Positions 35,981-43,674 of a stretch of 43,674 nt of DNA are shown piece by piece. The DNA comes from a virus: the UHGV virus genome UHGV-1379542. One strand, given 5' to 3'. The position numbers were made by a program, and so were the translations under genes. A model generated the notes under the pieces. The model was not told the DNA's origin. It searched no databases and saw nothing but the letters and a program-made list of their open reading frames with translations. The stretch's first letter is position 1, and every line of letters starts with the position of its first letter.

Positions 35981-36751
35981 ATGCAATCAATGGAAAGTTT
36001 AGCTAGAAATATCAAACCTAGTAAAAATATTGTAGAAGAGCAACACAACCTTAAATGCGGTAAGTGTGGGAACACCTACGACTATTACAAATTTAGTAAC
36101 GGGCATGAGTTTAGACATGGTTGTGACTGTTCAATGATACAAGCTGGTAAAGAAGCAGAGAAGAAACGTAAGCAAAAATATATAAATAATATCTTCAATC
36201 AATCTACTGTAAACGGTTCGCTAAGAGATGCAACAGTAAATAATTACAAACCTCAGAACGAAAAGCAAATATACGCCAAAAAAACAGCCATAGAGTACGT
36301 TAAAACATTCTCGGTAGATAAACCTAAGTCTTTAATCTTACAAGGCTCATATGGTACCGGAAAAAGCCATATAGCGTATGCCATAGCTAAAGCAATTAAA
36401 AACGAAGGATATTCAGTCGCTTTTATGCACATTCCAATGTTGATGGAGCGCATCAAAGCGACATATAACAAGAATGCTGCAGAAACAACAGATGAACTTG
36501 TACAACTACTAAGTAACATAGATTTACTAGTACTTGATGATATAGGTGTAGAGAACACTGAACACACATTAAATAAACTATTCAGCATTGTAGATAACAG
36601 AGTTGGAAAGAATAACATCTTCACTACAAATTTTAGTGATAAAGAACTTAATCAAAACATGAATTGGCAACGGATCAATTCAAGAATGAAACATAACGCT
36701 AGAACCGTAAAGGTACTAGGCGATGACTACAGGGAGCGTGACGCATGGTAA
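35981..36751 (+). CDS. DnaC/IstB-like helicase loader ATPase
   Basis: Walker A GSYGTGKSH and Walker B LLVLDDIG. N-terminal zinc-ribbon-like CGKCG…HGCDC. Confidence 0.75.
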   Translation: MQSMESLARNIKPSKNIVEEQHNLKCGKCGNTYDYYKFSNGHEFRHGCDCSMIQAGKEAEKKRKQKYINNIFNQSTVNGSLRDATVNNYKPQNEKQIYAKKTAIEYVKTFSVDKPKSLILQGSYGTGKSHIAYAIAKAIKNEGYSVAFMHIPMLMERIKATYNKNAAETTDELVQLLSNIDLLVLDDIGVENTEHTLNKLFSIVDNRVGKNNIFTTNFSDKELNQNMNWQRINSRMKHNARTVKVLGDDYRERDAW

Positions 36752-36906
36752 CGAAAGAGAATGTTATGCAAATACTTGAGTGTTCCGATGTGTATGCTCA
36801 AAAAATGATTGATTGGTGCAGTGGGAATCAAGCTGCACTCATCAAGTTAATTAATGCCAAGTTAGAAGAAAAAGGCAACAGACAGGCAATAACGGAGGTG
36901 TCCTAA
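36745..36906 (+). CDS. small hypothetical protein
   Basis: 53 aa. ATG overlaps the DnaC stop, and TAATG overlaps the next gene. Confidence 0.3.
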   Translation: MVTKENVMQILECSDVYAQKMIDWCSGNQAALIKLINAKLEEKGNRQAITEVS

Positions 36907-37151
36907 TGGGACTTATCGACGGACTTAAAAATCAATACATGTTGTATCAAATTGACGGTTGGGAGATGTGTAGTGTAACGCCGTTAGGAGAAGATACATT
37001 CAAACTAGGTAACTATGCAGGCATACACTATAGAAACACATTCTCAGGAACAGTAACGAAAGATGAACTAGAAAAATTAAAACGTAAGCACAAGTTGTTC
37101 AGAAAAGAAGAATTGCAACAACAGATGACAATTAACGAATTATTATTTTGA
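36906..37151 (+). CDS. hypothetical protein
   Basis: 81 aa ORF with RBS aacggaggtg. Confidence 0.4.
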   Translation: MGLIDGLKNQYMLYQIDGWEMCSVTPLGEDTFKLGNYAGIHYRNTFSGTVTKDELEKLKRKHKLFRKEELQQQMTINELLF

Positions 37152-37159
37152 GGTGAGTT

Positions 37160-37567
37160 ATGGAAATAGAGATTAATTTTAACGATACGTATAAGGAACC
37201 TATTGGCTCTCCTCGTCCACGTTTTAGAAATGCAGGTAAGTTTATCCAAACATACATGCCAACGTCTTACACAAAGCATAAAGCATATATACAGAGTCAG
37301 TTACCTAAAAAGATGTTGAACAGTAGATTGAAAGTATCAATATATTTTTACTTCGCACCACCTAAAAGTTGGACTAAGAATCAAAAGTTAATATCGATAG
37401 GTCAATATAAACGTACGAAACCAGATATAGACAATTTAATCAAAACAGTGCTAGACGCTGCTAACGATCACTTATGGAAAGATGATAACCAAATTGCACA
37501 CATTGAAAGCTTTAAGCAATATGCAGAAGAGCCAAAAATAATCATGAATGTAGAGGAAGTGGAGTGA
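37160..37567 (+). CDS. rusA: RusA-family Holliday junction resolvase
   Basis: 135 aa. Opens GSPRPRF…; conserved D in the middle (…KPDIDNLIKTVLDA…). Confidence 0.7.
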   Translation: MEIEINFNDTYKEPIGSPRPRFRNAGKFIQTYMPTSYTKHKAYIQSQLPKKMLNSRLKVSIYFYFAPPKSWTKNQKLISIGQYKRTKPDIDNLIKTVLDAANDHLWKDDNQIAHIESFKQYAEEPKIIMNVEEVE

Positions 37568-37759
37568 ATGGCTAATAGAGAAGAAACTATTGAAATTGAA
37601 GCAATACTCAAAGTGAGATGTAAATATCCAGTATGGATAAATAATCGTATTACGAAAGAAGAAGAAAAAGAGCGCATTTTAGATTTAATCAGTAACAACC
37701 CTGAAAAAGAGTTAATGAGCGAAGATTTTAAATTAATTGAATTGGTAGAGGTGGAATAA
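37568..37759 (+). CDS. hypothetical protein
   Basis: 63 aa. Start overlaps the upstream stop (TGAATG). Confidence 0.4.
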   Translation: MANREETIEIEAILKVRCKYPVWINNRITKEEEKERILDLISNNPEKELMSEDFKLIELVEVE

Positions 37760-38119
37760 ATGGAAGCAACAAAAATGAGAGTTAAAAATAAATACTTCTC
37801 TATTACACCTAATGTAGTAGAGAAAATGAAAGAAGCAGATATCAATCCCGATATCTTAAGACAAAGATTAGCTTCTGGTTGGAAGTTTGAAGATGCAATA
37901 GAAGCTCCTTTGGGAGTAAGACGTAGTGAATGGGATAGTTTAAAACCTAAAGAGGACGGAATCGCTAGTTATAAAGAGAGAATGGCACAACGTAGATTAC
38001 AAGAGTTGAAACGTAAGAAACCACATTTATTCACAGTGCCTCAAAAACACCCTCGTGGTGAATGGTGCAAGCATCTTATGGAGAATGACATATTCCCTAG
38101 AAAGGTGGTTAGATCATGA
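37760..38119 (+). CDS. hypothetical protein
   Basis: 119 aa with RBS gaggtgg. Confidence 0.4.
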   Translation: MEATKMRVKNKYFSITPNVVEKMKEADINPDILRQRLASGWKFEDAIEAPLGVRRSEWDSLKPKEDGIASYKERMAQRRLQELKRKKPHLFTVPQKHPRGEWCKHLMENDIFPRKVVRS

Positions 38120-38559
38120 GCATTAAAGATTTGATTATAGGCGATAGAATCAGAATACAAGAAGTTAACGGTGTTGAAATTACAGTAAAAATAAAAAATG
38201 TTTATCGTTTAGTTCAGTCAAGTCTTGATATAGATAAATGGGTTGCTGATGTAGAAGCAATTGACGGGAGAACTTGGACTATTGATGATTGTTATGATTT
38301 TTACTCATTACCTAATGGAAATGAAGGAACTAAAAAGACATTAGATGACAAGGTTAACCACCCGTCGCATTACACGTATGGAGATATGGAAATTATAGAC
38401 TTCATAGAGCAAGTCACTAAAGATTACAAACCAGAGTTAGCATTTGCGATTGGTAATGCAATCAAGTATATAAGTCGAGCTAATCGTAAGAACGGTAAAG
38501 AAGATTTAGACAAAGCACGTTGGTATCTAAACAGAGCATTTGAGAAGTGGGAGGGTTAA
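38116..38559 (+). CDS. DUF3310-like protein (NHPSHY motif)
   Basis: Motif …DKVNHPSHYTYGDMEIIDFIE…. Confidence 0.45.
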   Translation: MSIKDLIIGDRIRIQEVNGVEITVKIKNVYRLVQSSLDIDKWVADVEAIDGRTWTIDDCYDFYSLPNGNEGTKKTLDDKVNHPSHYTYGDMEIIDFIEQVTKDYKPELAFAIGNAIKYISRANRKNGKEDLDKARWYLNRAFEKWEG

Positions 38560-38563
38560 TGAA

Positions 38564-38794
38564 ATGAGAAACACATTGACAGATTTAAACAATCATTTAT
38601 TTGCACAATTAGAAAGATTAAGCGATGAAGATTTAAAAGGCGAAGAATTAAAAGAGGAGTTACAAAGATCTAATGCAGTTTCTAAAGTAGCTCAAAATAT
38701 CATTAATAATGGCAGTTTAGTCCTGCAAGCACAAAAGTTTAAAGATGAAAAATTAGATGCAGAATCAGAAATCCCTAAGTTGTTAGGAGAGTAA
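38564..38794 (+). CDS. hypothetical protein
   Basis: 76 aa from ATG 38564, with an RBS gggaggg upstream. Confidence 0.35.
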   Translation: MRNTLTDLNNHLFAQLERLSDEDLKGEELKEELQRSNAVSKVAQNIINNGSLVLQAQKFKDEKLDAESEIPKLLGE

Positions 38795-38799
38795 TAGCC

Positions 38800-39414
38800 A
38801 TGAGACATGTATGGACTGATGAGCATGAAAAATATATTCGAAATAACATCAAAGGTAAAACTAAGAAAGAAATGACAGAAATGTTTAATAAGGAGTTTGG
38901 CACTGATGTTACTACAGATAAAATGAAAGGTTTTTGTTCGAGAAAGAGGATAAGAAGTGGCGTTGATTGTAAGTTTAAAAAAGGTGTGCCTTCTTGGAAC
39001 AAAGGTAAAAGTTTTCCGTCTAGAGGCAGAAGCTCTGAAACTCAATTTAAGAAAGGACAAAAGCCCGATAACACATTTCCTTTAGGAACGATAAAAACCA
39101 CTACTGACGGTTATAAGTTTATAAAAATCAAAAAACGAGGTTCTAAAAACGAATGTTGGAAACAATACACACATTATTTATGGGAACAAAAGCACGGACC
39201 TGTGCCCAAAGGATATTGTTTAATACATTTGAATCAAAACAGGTCAGACTGTAGCGAAGAAAATATAGCATTGGTAAGTCGTAAAGAATTAGTACGTATT
39301 AACAAACTTAATTTAACTTCAACTGATCGTAACTTAACTAAAGCAGGAATCAACTTTGTTAAATTATTAAACAAACAAAAAGAAGTTAAGGACAAAATAA
39401 ATGCTACTAAGTGA
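38800..39414 (+). CDS. HNH homing endonuclease
   Basis: HNH motif YTHYLWEQKHGPVPKGYCLIHLNQNRSDCSEENIALVSRKE. Basic N-terminal region. Confidence 0.6.
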   Translation: MRHVWTDEHEKYIRNNIKGKTKKEMTEMFNKEFGTDVTTDKMKGFCSRKRIRSGVDCKFKKGVPSWNKGKSFPSRGRSSETQFKKGQKPDNTFPLGTIKTTTDGYKFIKIKKRGSKNECWKQYTHYLWEQKHGPVPKGYCLIHLNQNRSDCSEENIALVSRKELVRINKLNLTSTDRNLTKAGINFVKLLNKQKEVKDKINATK

Positions 39415-39595
39415 TACGGTATCCCAACGATACAGATACAACACACAAGGTAAGACGCCTACAGAAATACAACAGGAGTTACGACAGATAGGTGTTAAAG
39501 GCTTTGTGGTTAAAGTAGCAGGAAGCAGAGTGACGATGAAAGTTGAAAAAGAGAATATAAGAAAGAATAGGGAGTGTATGAATAATGGCTTATGA
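39401..39595 (+). CDS. hypothetical protein
   Basis: 64 aa ORF overlapping its neighbours. Confidence 0.3.
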   Translation: MLLSDTVSQRYRYNTQGKTPTEIQQELRQIGVKGFVVKVAGSRVTMKVEKENIRKNRECMNNGL

Positions 39596-39848
39596 AAAAA
39601 TCAAATTAGTATATGCATTAATGAGTGGAGATATTTATATGGCACGTATAAATGATGATGGGACTATGAACCTAAGAAATAGACGTATTGCTACAGATGA
39701 TGTTATGAAAGCGGCTGCTGAATGGTTTATTGGAAACAAAAAGACAGTAGCGCATTTTGGAGGACATGGAACACTTGCATGGATACCTGAAAAAGATGGG
39801 TTATCTCCTCAAGATGTAAAAAAACATATAGATGAGTTAAAAAGTTAA
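39585..39848 (+). CDS. hypothetical phage protein
   Basis: 87 aa with RBS gggagtg. Confidence 0.4.
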   Translation: MAYEKIKLVYALMSGDIYMARINDDGTMNLRNRRIATDDVMKAAAEWFIGNKKTVAHFGGHGTLAWIPEKDGLSPQDVKKHIDELKS

Positions 39849-39878
39849 GCGCAAAACTACCAAATCAATAAACAGGGA

Positions 39879-40232
39879 GTGTTTATTATAGACATTAACA
39901 ACTTATACACCTACAAAGCGACATGCACCAATGTAGTAGACGGGGACACGATAGATATCTTACTAGACTGTGGCTTTGATACCTATGCTAAACGTCGTGT
40001 ACGTTTGCTAGGTGTCGATACGCCAGAGAGAGGACAAGAGAATTATAAAGAGGCAACAGCATTAACTAGATCATGTGTAGAAAATAAAGATATATACGTT
40101 CAGACATACAAGAGCGATGTGTTCGGTAGATACCTAGCTAATGTATGGTACGAGGATGGTAAATATTGCTTAAACGATGAGTTAAGAAATGCAGGATTAT
40201 TGAAAGAGAATTCTAAATGGAATGAGGGATAG
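39879..40232 (+). CDS. thermonuclease (staphylococcal nuclease, SNase-like) family protein
   Basis: SNase-like motif …VVDGDTIDILLDCGFDTYAKRRVRLLGVDTPE…. The exact start is uncertain. Confidence 0.55.
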   Translation: MFIIDINNLYTYKATCTNVVDGDTIDILLDCGFDTYAKRRVRLLGVDTPERGQENYKEATALTRSCVENKDIYVQTYKSDVFGRYLANVWYEDGKYCLNDELRNAGLLKENSKWNEG

Positions 40233-40235
40233 AGA

Positions 40236-40550
40236 ATGGCAGAAGTTAAGTTATCTATTGAAGAGTATCACAATGTTGTTAAGAATTTGAATACTTTAAT
40301 AAAAAAGCTCTATGAGACGACAAAGAAATGTAAAGATTATAAACGTCAACGTGATGAACTCATCAATGATATGGCAGAAACGAAAAGAAAAGCAGAGGCG
40401 TTTGATGAGATAGTGAAAGTTTTAGCTAGTATCTCAAAAGAGATAGTGGAGTATCCAGGCGATAATGATAAACAAAAAGAGGTGATCTACAAAAGATGGG
40501 ATGAATTATTTGGACCCATGAAAATACTGGATGTCGACCATGAAGGATAA
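40236..40550 (+). CDS. hypothetical protein
   Basis: 104 aa with RBS gggatagag. Confidence 0.4.
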   Translation: MAEVKLSIEEYHNVVKNLNTLIKKLYETTKKCKDYKRQRDELINDMAETKRKAEAFDEIVKVLASISKEIVEYPGDNDKQKEVIYKRWDELFGPMKILDVDHEG

Positions 40551-40773
40551 CAAGTGGACAACGCTAAAAGACGAATTGACACAAAAGTATATTGAACTTC
40601 ATGGCAAAAGCAATAATATTCCAAATAATATACCAATTGCTGAGATAGCGAATATATTAGTTGGTAAGAGAGTTGTAAAACAACAATTACAACGCATGGA
40701 CGAACTCGACGGAACGCATGAGTTTCAAAATTTATTAAGTGATTTGGAGCGTGGTAGTGATGAAGAAATATAG
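40531..40773 (+). CDS. hypothetical protein
   Basis: 80 aa ORF. Confidence 0.35.
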   Translation: MSTMKDNKWTTLKDELTQKYIELHGKSNNIPNNIPIAEIANILVGKRVVKQQLQRMDELDGTHEFQNLLSDLERGSDEEI

Positions 40774-40951
40774 AGTGATGTTTGAAACATTTATTCATCC
40801 AGCCTTTTTCTTTCATCCATGCTATATAGTCGAAGCAAATAGTGTTGTAGAAGCTAAAGAAAAGGGGCAAGAAGCATTTAATAGCCACCCTAACAATGTG
40901 AAGTTACAAAGAGAAATTGTAGAAGTTCAAGAAATCGAGGAGGAAAAATAA
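40760..40951 (+). CDS. hypothetical protein
   Basis: 63 aa from ATG 40760; the GTG start at 40739 is the alternative. Confidence 0.3.
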   Translation: MKKYRVMFETFIHPAFFFHPCYIVEANSVVEAKEKGQEAFNSHPNNVKLQREIVEVQEIEEEK

Positions 40952-41455
40952 ATGACTAACACATTAGAAATTAAATTATTATCAGAAAACGCGACTATGC
41001 CGAAGAGAGATAGATTAGATGCTGGGTACGATATATATTCAGCAGAAACAATAATACTTGAGCCACAGGAGAAAGCAGTAATTAAAACAGATGTAGCAGT
41101 AAATATTCCAGAGGGGTATGTAGGGCTATTAACGTCAAGAAGTGGTGTAAGTAGCAAGACACATTTAGTGATTGAGACTGGCAAAATTGATGCAGGCTTT
41201 CAGGGTAATCTAGGGATTAATATTAAGAATGATTGCCAATATTATCACAAAGAAGATAATTATTACAAAGATATTAAAGGAGATATTAATTACTCAGATG
41301 TACGTTTTGATTTGGGCGCTTATAAAATCAACAAAGGCGACAAACTAGCTCAACTGGTCATCGTACCTATTTGGACGCCAGAGTTAAAAGAAGTAGAGGA
41401 GTTTAGCAGTGAGTCAGAGAGAGGGACAGACGGATTTGGATCAACAGGATTCTAA
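40952..41455 (+). CDS. dut: dUTPase with inserted variable motif
   Basis: dUTPase motifs (…RLDAGYDIY…, …RSGVSSK…, …GKIDAGFQGNLGINIKN…, C-terminal GTDGFGSTGF). A roughly 30-aa insertion sits between them (CQYYHKEDNYYKDIKGDINYSDV). Confidence 0.8.
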   Translation: MTNTLEIKLLSENATMPKRDRLDAGYDIYSAETIILEPQEKAVIKTDVAVNIPEGYVGLLTSRSGVSSKTHLVIETGKIDAGFQGNLGINIKNDCQYYHKEDNYYKDIKGDINYSDVRFDLGAYKINKGDKLAQLVIVPIWTPELKEVEEFSSESERGTDGFGSTGF

Positions 41456-41503
41456 AGACATAGTAGCAGAGATTAAAAGAATATTAGGTAAGGAGTGAGC
41501 AGG

Positions 41504-41674
41504 TTGATTAAACGAATATTAAAGATTTGGTTTACTATCGCAATGTATGAGTTGGGCAAATGGATTGGCAGAGAAGTTTATTATAAGTTAACTGCAAATG
41601 ATGAGGTGGAAGTGCCTAAGGACTTTGACGAGAATGACCACGCTCATTTAAATGGCATATACGGAGGTTATTAA
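41504..41674 (+). CDS. rinB: RinB-like small transcriptional activator
   Basis: 56 aa from TTG with RBS aaggagtg. The N-terminus IKRILKIWFTIAMYELGKW resembles staphylococcal phage RinB. Confidence 0.45.
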   Translation: MIKRILKIWFTIAMYELGKWIGREVYYKLTANDEVEVPKDFDENDHAHLNGIYGGY

Positions 41675-41677
41675 ATA

Positions 41678-41878
41678 TTGGGTGAAATTATATATATGAT
41701 TACAATTATAACATTGTCTATAGTCTTTGTTTTAATGGAGATATTTATAATATATCTTTTTGTTGAAGGAATTAAATACAAGGAATATGTAACGATTGGG
41801 TTTTCCGTTACCATGTTTTTACTTTCTATCTTGCTATTTTTACACTTTTTATATTTTGGGATTTTAGGAGGTTATTAA
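41678..41878 (+). CDS. small membrane protein
   Basis: 66 aa, almost entirely hydrophobic (2 TM). Confidence 0.35.
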   Translation: MGEIIYMITIITLSIVFVLMEIFIIYLFVEGIKYKEYVTIGFSVTMFLLSILLFLHFLYFGILGGY

Positions 41879-41879
41879 T

Positions 41880-42278
41880 GTGATTTGGATAAGTTTTTCA
41901 TCGGTAATAATTGTGTTAGTACTGTGTATTTTTGCTATATATAAGTGGATTAAAGCAGAGAAAAGAGTTAATGAGTTACAGGAAGATAAACATGGATTGC
42001 AATTAGATAAGTTACATTTAGAAAGAGAGGTATCTTGGTTGAAAAATAAGGATAATAAAAACAACATAGGCAAATACGTGGTTGAGTTAAAAAAAGGAGT
42101 ATATTTAGTGAAAAAATATATAGGTAGTTATGGAAACACATGCATAATCACTGACAATGTATTTGAAGCTTTATCTTACGACGATTTATATTCAGCTAAA
42201 GAAGATGCATGTAGTTTTAACGGACGTGTACTAGAACACAAACCTAATTTAGAGGTGGTCAAACAATGTGGGGCGTAA
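41880..42278 (+). CDS. membrane-anchored hypothetical protein
   Basis: An N-terminal TM helix followed by a coiled-coil and a soluble domain. GTG start with RBS aggagg. Confidence 0.4.
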   Translation: MIWISFSSVIIVLVLCIFAIYKWIKAEKRVNELQEDKHGLQLDKLHLEREVSWLKNKDNKNNIGKYVVELKKGVYLVKKYIGSYGNTCIITDNVFEALSYDDLYSAKEDACSFNGRVLEHKPNLEVVKQCGA

Positions 42279-42406
42279 TAGCAATCATTATATTAGTTTT
42301 ACTACTATTTGGCTCTATACTTGAACAGAATGATCTAAAACATCAGTTAGAAGTGAAAGAGTATGAAATTGAAGTGTTAAGAGATAAGTTGGAGAATGGA
42401 GGGTAA
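42266..42406 (+). CDS. small membrane protein
   Basis: 46 aa: N-terminal TM (WGVIAIIILVLLLFGSIL) then a coiled coil. Below the ORF-track size cut-off. Confidence 0.3.
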   Translation: MWGVIAIIILVLLLFGSILEQNDLKHQLEVKEYEIEVLRDKLENGG

Positions 42407-42408
42407 GT

Positions 42409-42825
42409 ATGATAACGATTGAACGACACGATATAAAGAAGTTAGAAGATTATATCAAGAACATAGAACGCTACAGACGAGAGTTAAAAGTAAGAGAGTA
42501 TGAACTACTAGAAAATCACGAACCCGAGAATGTAGGAGCAGGTAAGAGTAATATACCAGGTAATCCTATCGAGAGAGAATCAATTAAGAAGTTAAGCGAC
42601 AATCGTTATAACAACTTACGTAACATTGTAAAAGGTGTAGATAAGCTCATTTATGAATCAGATGAAGACACACAAGACTTAATGCGCTTGAGATACTGGG
42701 AATGTCCGATAGGTTGTAGTGAGTGGGAAGATATAGCTGAATACTTCGGAACAAGTAAGACGAGTATTTTAAGACGACGTGACGCAATGATAAATAGATT
42801 AGCAGAATTTATAGGTTATGTGTAA
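42409..42825 (+). CDS. rinA: RinA-family late gene transcriptional activator
   Basis: 138 aa. C-terminal sigma-70 region-4-like HTH (…EYFGTSKTSILRRRDAMINRL…). Lies upstream of terS. Confidence 0.7.
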   Translation: MITIERHDIKKLEDYIKNIERYRRELKVREYELLENHEPENVGAGKSNIPGNPIERESIKKLSDNRYNNLRNIVKGVDKLIYESDEDTQDLMRLRYWECPIGCSEWEDIAEYFGTSKTSILRRRDAMINRLAEFIGYV

Positions 42826-43268
42826 GGTGGACTTTTGAAGTGTGTAAGTCCGTTTATAATCGGTGTATTATGATATTGTAAGAATTACCTCACAAGACAT
42901 AGTGTTTATCCTTTCGCACTATGGTGGGGTATTCAATATCGAAGTGATTGGACAAGTGTTTATCGTCTTTAACTAGACGTTGCGCATCCGATTGCTTAAC
43001 TATCCGTCAGAGTGGCGGGTAGTTTTATTGAATCTTACAAATGTGAATTTTTATATTCTTTACCATTTTCATCAGTATCGTCTTTAATATCACCATAAAC
43101 AGCAACACGACGATACTTCTTATTTTTAATTAGTTTGTAATATAGCTTTTTTGTCTTTCTTGTGAGTTATCCGTGAGAACACACGGGTAACTTATTTTTA
43201 TGTATTGATGTGACATAGAGGTGTGACATGAGCACATAAACTCAAATAAATAATAAAACATAATCATT

Positions 43269-43298
43269 AGGCACTGTTTATGCAGTGTCTTTTTTTAT
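43269..43298 (+). terminator. rho-independent terminator upstream of terS
   Basis: 8-bp stem aggcactg / cagtgtct with a 6-nt loop, followed by ttttttta. Confidence 0.65.
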
Positions 43299-43344
43299 AC
43301 GTCAAATAAAGGTGCTTAACCGTGAGAGTAGGTGGTAATATACG

Positions 43345-43674
43345 ATGACTAACATGCAAAATAACGCAACATTCGGGGCGTACTTAGAATTAACCAAGAA
43401 ACAACAAGAATATATACGCTTGAAGAACGAAACAGATTTAGCAGAGGGAGAAATAGCAGTAGAAATTGACGTTAATCGTTCTACTATATCCCGTTGGAAG
43501 CATAATGATAAATTCAGAGAGGGTTTTAAAGGTTACCAAGCAGAGCATTTATCTAAGCAGGTACCGAAAGCCTTACAAACGATGATTAACTTGTTAGACG
43601 CTAAAAGTGAACTAGTACGCTACCAAGCCTCTAAAGATATATTAGATCGTACAGGTTACACTCCTGTAGAAAGA
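43345..43674 (+). CDS. terS: terminase small subunit, N-terminal 110 codons (continues at position 1)
   Basis: RBS gtaggtgg. HTH-like segment EIAVEIDVNRSTISRWKHN. The frame is open to the window end and joins in frame to 1..51. Confidence 0.7.
   Translation, partial: MTNMQNNATFGAYLELTKKQQEYIRLKNETDLAEGEIAVEIDVNRSTISRWKHNDKFREGFKGYQAEHLSKQVPKALQTMINLLDAKSELVRYQASKDILDRTGYTPVER

Noticed and set aside
1-43674. A dedicated defence system (RM, Abi, toxin–antitoxin, retron or CBASS) or a known virulence cargo (PVL, sak/scn/chp, enterotoxin) in the moron sites.
   Set aside because: No methyltransferase, reverse-transcriptase, cyclase or other defence hallmarks were recognised. The accessory content is limited to the lipoprotein, HNH endonucleases, the SNase-like nuclease and small membrane ORFs.

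Overview
The window looks like a complete, circularly permuted genome of a temperate siphovirus from a low-GC Firmicute. Gene order, RBS style (AGGAGG-type) and protein families resemble phi11/80alpha-like Staphylococcus phages. The terS gene is split across the two window ends, in frame.

Order on the + strand:
- Packaging and head: terS C-terminus, terL, portal, Mu-F-like minor head protein, scaffold, major capsid, Rho_N-domain protein, head-tail joining proteins.
- Tail: major tail protein, tail assembly chaperones G/GT, tape measure, Dit, Tal with an SGNH esterase domain, a beta-helix fibre/depolymerase, two fibre-XkdW-XkdX-like modules, two membrane proteins, and a CHAP/glucosaminidase tail hydrolase.
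- Lysis and lysogeny: holin, CHAP-amidase-SH3b endolysin, an attP-like non-coding region with arm-type repeats, tyrosine integrase (-), lipoprotein moron (-), cI-like S24 repressor (-).
- Early region: divergent operator/promoter region, cro, Bro-N antirepressor, a Gp157/Sak4/SSB-like recombination module, DUF968, two HTH proteins, an HNH-AP2 endonuclease, replisome organizer, DnaC-like loader, RusA, a second HNH endonuclease, an SNase-like nuclease, dUTPase, rinB, small membrane ORFs, rinA, a long structured non-coding leader, and the terS N-terminus.

The most notable single observation is a 246-nt group I intron with no homing endonuclease gene inside the tail hydrolase gene. It sits immediately after the catalytic Cys codon of the CHAP domain. 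Supporting points are the P1 pairing, GACUA/UAGUC P7 halves, a U at the exon end, a terminal G, and an in-frame fusion that restores the QCWD motif.

Other points:
- A canonical U UUU UUC -1 programmed frameshift in the tail-chaperone gene.
- A cI/cro switch with three to four palindromic TACGAA-NN-TTCGTA operators placed inside both promoter spacers.
- No CRISPR array, tRNA, known toxin/virulence cargo or recognisable defence system was found.
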